From Chrysomallon squamiferum (Eukaryota > Animalia > Mollusca), in the NCBI GenBank assembly GCA_012295275.1, contig CM022672.1, forward strand, positions 11,594,001-11,658,000: DNA of 64,000 nt. The letters are read 5' to 3'. The notes under the pieces were generated by a model. It did not search any database and had not been told where the DNA came from. It saw only the letters and a program-made list of their open reading frames with translations. Of the stretch, positions 55,669 through 64,000 are shown one piece after another. Each line of letters starts with the position of its first letter. Positions within the stretch are counted from its first letter, which is position 1. Made by a program: the position numbers and the translations under genes.

Positions 55669-58600
55669 ACGAGTAATTCACTTATATTCAGTAAATAGAA
55701 TATGTGAACGTTACATAACTGTTCGAATTAAACCATATTCAGCTTAAACATGTTCAAGATATTTACGTTATGCACACATACATATTCACATTGTGCACAT
55801 ATTATACAATATATGTGACATAGTATATTAGTAGTATGTACACTAAAGATATTATGACCTGCAAATACTTTGGCTATGACTGAAAAAGTTTATACGAAGG
55901 ACTAAAACATTAGGAATACTTTTAGATGAATACCTTCTTTTTTAATTATTTACATTCACTACATTCGATACATAAATTATTTCGATATTTGTCATATTTG
56001 CATACTTTATGCGATAAGCGATATCCATACTACAACAATACCTCAGATTAAAGATGTAATTGGTTCCACATTTCCGATAGTTAAGTGAGGTATCGTTAAG
56101 CGGGAGACTAATTTACACAGAATTAAAGTTAAAACCAGTGGTTACTTTCTCGCTGATGAAATTTGACATAAAAAAAAGAAAAAAAAAGGGTGAAATAAGG
56201 AGAAATAAAACAGCAGTTTAGACATAAATAATTTAATAGATTATAGATATTAAGTAAACAGTAAATCATTTACAAATCAGTTTATACAAATACATTAAGA
56301 AATAATAATATGTCGCTCATTGTCGGTTCATTTTTGTGGGTTTTGGTTTCATTTAAGATAATGTATTTTGTTTTTAAAGTTATTGTCTTCCGTTTGGTTT
56401 TATCATCAGCATTTGCCGGTATGCTGTTATTCGGTTTGAGATATTGGAAGGGTAAATTACAAACGAGTTTAAGTCTAAATCGAAGCAGACGACAAAAGAG
56501 AATCGGAATATCAGATGCACATATGACGTGTCAGCTGATCAAAACAGCTGAGAGAAGCTCGTGACTGAACGAAAAACGAACAAAAACGGACTTAAAAACA
56601 TGCATTGTATCCATTTGTATTATTTATTTCGAACAATTAAAGATTAAATTTGTATTTATATAATTTGTAAAGAAAAAAGATCGTTAAAGCAGGATATCGT
56701 TAAGCGAGATGTTACTGTATTTATACAATAATAATTGCTTTCCAAATAATCTGGAACAGTTCATTATAATGGCTGAGGTAAAGACATGTATGTCAATAAG
56801 ACCACTGAACCACATTTAGCATTTCGACGAGTAATTCACTTATATTCAGTAAATAGAATATGTGAACGTTACATTTATCATTAACTGTTCGAATTAAACC
56901 ATATTCAGCTTAAACATGTTCAAGATATTTACGTTATGCACACATACATATTCACATTGTGCACATATTATACAATATATGTGACATAGTATATTAGTAG
57001 TATGTACACTAAAGATATTATGACCTGCAAATACTTTGGCTATGACTGAAAAAGTTTATACGAAGGACTAAAACATTAGGAATACTTTTAGATGAATACC
57101 TTCTTTTTTAATTATTTACATTCACTACATTCGATACATAAATTATTTCGATATTTGTCATATTTGCATACTTTATGCGATAAGCGATATCCATACTACA
57201 ACAATACCTCAGATTAAAGATGTAATTGGTTCCACATTTCCGATAGTTAAGTGAGGTATCGTTAAGCGGGAGACTAATTTACACAGAATTAAAGTTAAAA
57301 CCAGTGGTTACTTTCTCGCTGATGAAATTTGACATAAAAAAAGAAAAAAAAAGGGTGAAATAAGGAGAAATAAAACAGCAGTTTAGACATAAATAATTTA
57401 ATAGATTATAGATATTAAGTAAACAGTAAATCATTTACAAATCAGTTTATACAAATACATTAAGAAATAATAATATGTCGCTCATTGTCGGTTCATTTTT
57501 GTGGGTTTTGGTTTCATTTAAGATAATGTATTTTGTTTTTAAAGTTATTGTCTTCCGTTTGGTTTTATCATCAGCATTTGCCGGTATGCTGTTATTCGGT
57601 TTGAGATATTGGAAGGGTAAATTACAAACGAGTTTAAGTCTAAATCGAAGCAGACGACAAAAGAGAATCGGAATATCAGATGCACATATGACGTGTCAGC
57701 TGATCAACACAGCTGAGAGAAGCTCGTGACTGAACGAAAAACGAACAAAAACGGACTTAAAAATGCATTGTATCCATTTGTATTATTTATTTCGAACAAT
57801 TAAAGATTAAATTTGTATTTATATAATTTGTAAAGAAAAAAGATCGTTAAAGCAGGATATCGTTAAGCGAGATGTTACTGTATTTATACAATAATAATTG
57901 CTTTCCAAATAATCTGGAACAGTTCATTATAATGGCTGAGGTAAAGACATGTATGTCAATAAGACCACTGAACCACATTTAGCATTTCGACGAGTAATTC
58001 ACTTATATTCAGTAAATAGAATATGTGAACGTTACATTTATCATTAACTGTTCGAATTAAACCATATTCAGCTTAAACATGTTCAAGATATTTACGTTAT
58101 GCACACATACATATTCACATTGTGCACATATTATACAATATATGTGACATAGTATATTAGTAGTATGTACACTAAAGATATTATGACCTGCAAATACTTT
58201 GGCTATGACTGAAAAAGTTTATACGAAGGACTAAAACATTAGGAATACTTTTAGATGAATACCTTCTTTTTTAATTATTTACATTCACTACATTCGATAC
58301 ATAAATTATTTCGATATTTGTCATATTTGCATACTTTATGCGATAAGCGATATCCATACTACAACAATACCTCAGATTAAAGATGTAATTGGTTCCACAT
58401 TTCCGATAGTTAAGTGAGGTATCGTTAAGCGGGAGACTAATTTACACAGAATTAAAGTTAAAACCAGTGGTTACTTTCTCGCTGATGAAATTTGACATAA
58501 AAAAAAGGGTGAAATAAGGAGAAATAAAACAGCAGTTTAGACATAAATAATTTAATAGATTATAGATATTAAGTAAACAGTAAATCATTTACAAATCAGT

Positions 58601-59148
58601 TTATACAAATACATTAAGAAATAATAATATGTCGCTCATTGTCGGTTCATTTTTGTGGGTTTTGGTTTCATTTAAGATAATGTATTTTGTTTTTAAAGTT
58701 ATTGTCTTCCGTTTCGTTTTATCATCAGCATTTGCCGGTATACTGTTATTCGGTTTGAGATATTGGAAGGGTAAATTACAAACGAGTTTAAGTCTAAATC
58801 GAAGCAGACGACAAAAGAGAATCGGAATATCAGATGCACATATGACGTGTCAACTGATCAACACAGCTGAGAGAAGCTCGTGACTGAACGAAAAACGAAC
58901 AAAAACGGACTTAAAAACATGCATTGTATCCATTTGTATTATTTATTTCGAACAATTAAAGATTAAATTTGTATTTATATAATTTGTAAAGAAAAAAGAT
59001 CGTTAAAGCAGGATATCGTTAAGCGAGATGTTACTGTATTTATACAATAATAATTGCTTTCCAAATAATCTGGAACAGTTCATTATAATGACTGAGGTAA
59101 AGACATGCATGTCAATATGACCACTGAACCACACTTAGTATTTCGACG
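55669..59148. repeat. Three near-identical tandem copies of a ~1.16-kb unit
   Basis: Units start acgagtaattcacttatattc at ~55669, ~56827 and ~57990. They differ mainly in A-run length, one 8-bp indel and a few SNPs; the same 84-aa ORF appears three times. Confidence 0.97.
56033..56717. mobile_element. Old Tigger-like MITE inside each 1.16-kb tandem unit (first copy given)
   Basis: Left TA|CAACAATACCTCAGATTAA; right end reverse-complements to TA|CAGTAACATCTCGCTTAA; subterminal ATCGTTAAGCG repeats at both ends. TIRs are degenerate. Confidence 0.55.
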
Positions 59149-60925
59149 AATTGGGAATTCTACCAGTTGGGAGTAAGCCGTTACGGCCATACTGACAATA
59201 AAATAAACATCATTTTTACAACCCATTTCCTTCATCGATTATACATGTCACTTATATTAATATTAATTTCATTTGAGATTACTGGAAACCAAAGGCAAGT
59301 GTTTCGAAAAGGAGGGAGAAAAAAAAGATTTATCGTTATGTTTCTTAGATTAAGTAAACTAAATTTTACAGTAAAGTAAACAGATAGATTATTTTACCCA
59401 GGAACGGGTAATGTAAAATAAAATGTTGGCCAACACGTAGAGCCATGCATGATAAAGCCTCTTCATATTTTTGTCTTAATATTGATTTTTAGTTATTAGA
59501 TAATACGTTAGAAAGGTTGGAGCGTACTGAGCTGTCTCGAAATCATCCGTTAGATCAGAGTTTCCCGTTGAACCCCCCCCACCCACCCACGTAGCTTCGG
59601 AGAAAAAGTTATGGATGCAAAAATTTAAAAAGATTTCAAAATTCATTAGTGTTTATTTTTTTTATTTTTTTTTTTTTTAATATTGTTTATTTTTTTTGTT
59701 TTTTTTTTGTTGTTGTTGTTGTTGTTGTCTTATTTTATATTTTAAGTTTATTTTATCAAATCTGATGGATGTGTTCTAGGAAAGAAAGAAACAAAATGCA
59801 GAGGAAATGAAATATGTATTTTTGCTATCACGAAATCGAATCTCTGAATGCAGTTGTTGTTTTGTGTTTTTTTTTCTCTGAAATTAAGCATAGAACCAGT
59901 GATAGGTTGTGCAGAATTCATGGGTTCCACTGAGCACAGTTTGAGAAACTCGATACTTCAAATTTAAAAATATTTGATGAAAAAGGCATACATATCAGTT
60001 AACATAAATTATTATATGACGAAAATTTTTTGTTTACCGTAAAGATTTCCTCAGCAAATTACGAAACACGAATAGAAATATAAACAAATAATTATTTTGT
60101 TGTAAGCACTAATATCTTTTGCACATCAACAAATAAAATAATATTCTATTGAGTTAAACTCCTCACAGTTTCTGGTATTTACCGATTTTAGAGCTCGGGA
60201 CTGAGGTCTCACAAGTCGAAGGGTCGATACTATGTAGGGAGCTTGTTAGTCTCTTTCTGTCGCTGTCAGTGTCTAATCAAACACTGTGGGGGTATTCTTC
60301 TAGTCTTTTTCAAGATGCATACAAACGATATTTTGATATTGATGGGGAAAACGTAGGTAGTGCGGCTTCTTCTTTTCTTTTCTGTATAGCCCTTAATCTT
60401 AATACAACGTCATGCATTCTAAAATTTAAAAATCATTAAATCAAACATTTCTTCATTTCAAGTTAATGCTGTTATTTCAGTATTAAAATAATAATAATAA
60501 TAATAACAATAATAATAAACAGATATCAACAACAACAACAACAAATATATATATATATATATAAAACCCCAGAACGTGTGGCGTGGCTGAAAAATCGAAT
60601 TGTTTTTCAGAAGTAAATAAACTAGCGATGGATAAAAACAATGGATCACGTAAATAATTTTTCATTGTTGATAGAATTATCTGCCCTGTTTTTTGAACCA
60701 GCAACACAATTGTCTATGATCGTTAAAATCGTTAAACAATATGGTAAAAAATATATATATATTAATAACAGTTAAAAATAACAGAATTTATTTTAACTTG
60801 GTCTTTTTAATGTGTGCTCTGAAGTGACGATCGACTCTTTTATTAGTCTCCTAGTATGGCCAGCCGCACAGATTTGTGGGTAATATTATATTTTTAGCTC
60901 TTTCGTGGGGTCTTCTGTTCTGATT

Positions 60926-62655
60926 ATGACGAAGCGGAGATTGGGTAAGCTCGCGTAGTTACTTAGTTACTGATTATATCTCGATTTTGTAACATTATTA
61001 CTGTAATGTTTTAAGTGCCTTATAATCCAATATAATAACTACATCGATAGTAGTAACTGCTGTAGCCCCCGTTTACTAAAATGAAAATGATAAATTGTTT
61101 TGTAACTTTAATTTTTTTTTTAATTTCAGAATAATAATCATCTCACCCATCTAAGTATATATAAAAAAATAATAATAATAATAATTTAAAAAATACAAAT
61201 TTCTTACAAACTGTACAGCAAACATATTTTTCACACGAGGAGTGCAGATGGTTGTCAGAACAGCCAGTGTCAATCAACTGCACGTGTAACCCTGTTTTTC
61301 AGTTCTGCCCGCAGAGCGTTTTCGAAAGAATGTCTGTCTTTTGCAGCGACAACATTCAGCCCAGATTAATAAATAAGGTTTACGCGCTATATTCTAATTA
61401 TATTCTAAAATATATAGTTTTTACACACACACACATACACACACATACACATAATGTATTCCCGATGTATGTGGTTGCATGTATCTGGGTATATAATATT
61501 TTCCTCTGTAAAGTAATTATTATACTTTTTTTCCCCTCTCTCTCCGCAGCATGGATATTTTATTCTCTTCTAGCTGGCGTCATCATAAGTGGAATTTATT
61601 TAAATTTTCTTCTAACAAAGCAAACGTATAAAACGTCTTGGCTTCAGAAGGGAAGAAGTTTATTCGAATGGGAATTCTTCGAGCCCATTAGTGAATTTTC
61701 CAAAAGACAACAAGAGAGAAAGACCGCTGAAATTCGATTTAAAATCGAAACCGAAAAACGCAATAAGAAAAGAAAATGTTACGATTCGTTCCTGAAGACA
61801 TTTCACGATAAGAACGGCTTCGTTGGCTCCAGTGTTAACGGAGGGCTTGGAAATCAAATGTTTTCCTACGCATCAGTTTATGGAATAGCCGTCCGTCTCA
61901 ATAAGACGGTTTTGGTAGAGAACAAGAATATGCTTCACAAATTTTTTACTTTAAATGCAATTTCTGTGGGGAAATGTGTACTCAGAAGCGCTGCGATGAA
62001 GTTAGAAAGAAAACACAGCTGTTTTGACGAGCGATTATTGAAACTGGAGAAAGGTCGAAATTATTACGTGGGTCCTTTCCTTCAGTCCTGGAAATATTTC
62101 CACTCGGCTGCTGAACGGGTGAGAGGACAGTTCGTTTTTAAAACTGAAATAACAGCAAAAGCTCGAATTATTTTTGATGAAATTGTCACGAAAATTAAGA
62201 AAAAAATGAAGAAAGATACTTCAGAAGACAGAACTACGTATGTTGGAATCCATGTTAGGCGCGGAGACATCTTGGCCAGATCTAAATTTATTAAATACGG
62301 CTACCTAGCGGCACCGAAGACGTACATTGAAAAAGCGATGCTGTATTTCACCAGGAATTATTCAAATGTTGCTTTCTTAATTGGTTCTGACAATTTGACC
62401 TGGGCGAAAGAAAACATTAAACATCCAAACGTATTCTACTTGGACGGTAATTCGCCCGAAGTGGATATGAGCATATTAATCAAATGTAACCACACGATTA
62501 TGACTGTCGGGAGTTTCGGTTGGTGGACTGGTTTTCTTACACGAGGCATTACTCTCTATTACAAATATCCGGCCAAGAAAAATTCACCGTTAAGTAGACA
62601 GTTCTCCAAAGACTATTCTGATTATTACTATCCTGGCTGGATTGGAATGCAATAG
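60926..62655 (+). CDS. GT11 alpha-1,2-fucosyltransferase-like, copy F (most divergent, canonical motifs)
   Basis: Start exon 60926-60944 (MTKRRL, G|GTAAGC) plus exon 61550-62655 (CCGCAG|CA TGG) gives MTKRRLAWIFYSLLAGVIISGIYLNFLL...; GGLGNQMF, GIHVRRGD, EVDMSIL..CNHTIMTVGSFGWW. The first ~99 aa of the listed 467-aa ORF are intronic read-through. Confidence 0.94.
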
Positions 62656-62768
62656 TATACCTTCATTATATTTTAATATTTTTAATATAGTCATGTCACA
62701 AATGTATTTTTAATGTATTGAAAAAGAAGAATAAAATATTTATATTTCAGTTTTATTTGTGAATTTCC

Positions 62769-62802
<34 letters not shown>

Positions 62803-64000
62803 TTTTATATATATATATATATATATATATAATAATCACACACAAAGCATGCAGAGAGAGATAATGACAGAAAAAAATCTGTCCTGTGAATGTTAGAATG
62901 CCGAACAGGATAAACCTGATATCTAAATTTAAGTTCAGTTTTATTTTTAAAACAGGTCAAATTTACATCACGCAGTTTTATTGTTCAGTATGATAGCATG
63001 GGCGCAACTGTAAGTCTCCTACTGAGTTCGTTCACCTCGTCATATCTACACGCTTCTGCACTTCATTAGCCACCACTGGCATTCTTTTCATATTCAGAAT
63101 AACATTCGGTTTTTTTTTTTAAATATCTGATTTTGTCGAGGTGCCAATTCCAAATTTCTCAGCTGTTTCTGATTTAATTTGGGTACAGATTCAGAATCCC
63201 ATATTAAATTAATTTTGGAATTTAATGAAAGTTCAATTTACGAGAATATATGAAATAAATGATAAAATATGTGCATTATTGATCTTTTCATTCGATTTGT
63301 AAATTGTGAATAAAATGTGACAGTGAGTAGGGGGCTGTGTTAGTTTTAATTTCTTTGTTATCACATCCATAAATCCATGAGATGATTAACAAGCTTTGTC
63401 GTAACTTCACGGCGAAGATCTAAAATGTGATTACTGGTGTAAGTAAGACGCTTAGAAAAGTGAAACCAATCGACTAATTACCAGATAGTCAGAATGCCTG
63501 GTTTGAGATCTCGCCGTAGATAAACCGGTCAGGTAGTCAGCAGAGCTTACCTGGCTTACGGTTTGTCGTGGGCCATTAATTCAGTAACTTAAGCCGTTGC
63601 GGATGAAAACCGATCTGGGATCTGTAGTATACAGGATTCGGTTCATTAAGGGTTCAAGTAAATTCGTGACCAAACATTACCAAAATAGATGGCCGGTTTT
63701 GTCAGTTTCCACTGGATATTATTATTTTGAAACTAAACATAGCAGATAAGAAGAGGCAAGAAATGTTTTTTCAGTAGCTGAGTATGACAAAGATTAAAGA
63801 AGAAGATTTCAGTCGAAGGAAAATATTTGTAGAGTTTTGATTTTGATCACAATTCTTATACTGAAAGCTATCATTTTACAAAATGTGGAATTAATATTTA
63901 CCACTAAGGTATCGTGAACATTACAGAAATTTAAAAAAAAAAAAAAAAACGAAAGAAGGAAAAAGATTCTTAATATTACGCTCCTTTACATCTGCCAATT

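Noticed and set aside
56310-58883. Three identical 84-aa hydrophobic ORFs as a small membrane-protein family
   Set aside because: They lie inside a MITE-like relic within a tandem triplication; identity reflects DNA duplication, and T-rich sequence gives hydrophobic translations by chance.
61252-61549. N-terminal extension of the 467-aa ORF
   Set aside because: It includes a (CA)n microsatellite and ends in a strong acceptor at 61549; the likely start is the MTKRRL exon at 60926.
63430-63620. Possible tRNA or tRNA-derived SINE (GGTTTGAGATC B-box-like)
   Set aside because: No cloverleaf, no convincing A box spacing, and no TSD or tail found.

Overview
AT-rich, intron-containing eukaryotic (animal, probably invertebrate) genomic DNA, full of microsatellites. 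Most short ORFs in the supplied track are microsatellite noise. Left to right: (1) a ~24-exon FIRRM/C1orf112 orthologue (+, 412-10621) whose first coding intron has U12 (minor spliceosome) signals; (2) a convergent 5-exon URM1 gene (-, 11654-14894); (3) a triplicated non-coding block and a 26/27-bp minisatellite (17-21 kb); (4) a two-exon 215-aa gene I do not recognise, with a well-spaced TATA/Inr promoter (-, 21590-22500); (5) a ~35-kb cluster of glycosyltransferase family 11 (alpha-1,2-fucosyltransferase-like) genes. The cluster has four intact copies on the minus strand and two on the plus strand (one carrying a 1-bp frameshift), plus decayed relics. Each copy has a tiny phase-1 start exon and one large catalytic exon. 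The copies are reticulate mosaics of each other, consistent with gene conversion or unequal crossover, and vary most right after the HVRRGD motif. The two arms diverge from a duplicated head-to-head module. Several transposon insertions can be delimited by target-site duplications and empty paralogous sites. There is also a new 98-bp palindrome and a near-perfect 3 x 1.16-kb tandem repeat. All calls come from manual reading; no database searches were run.
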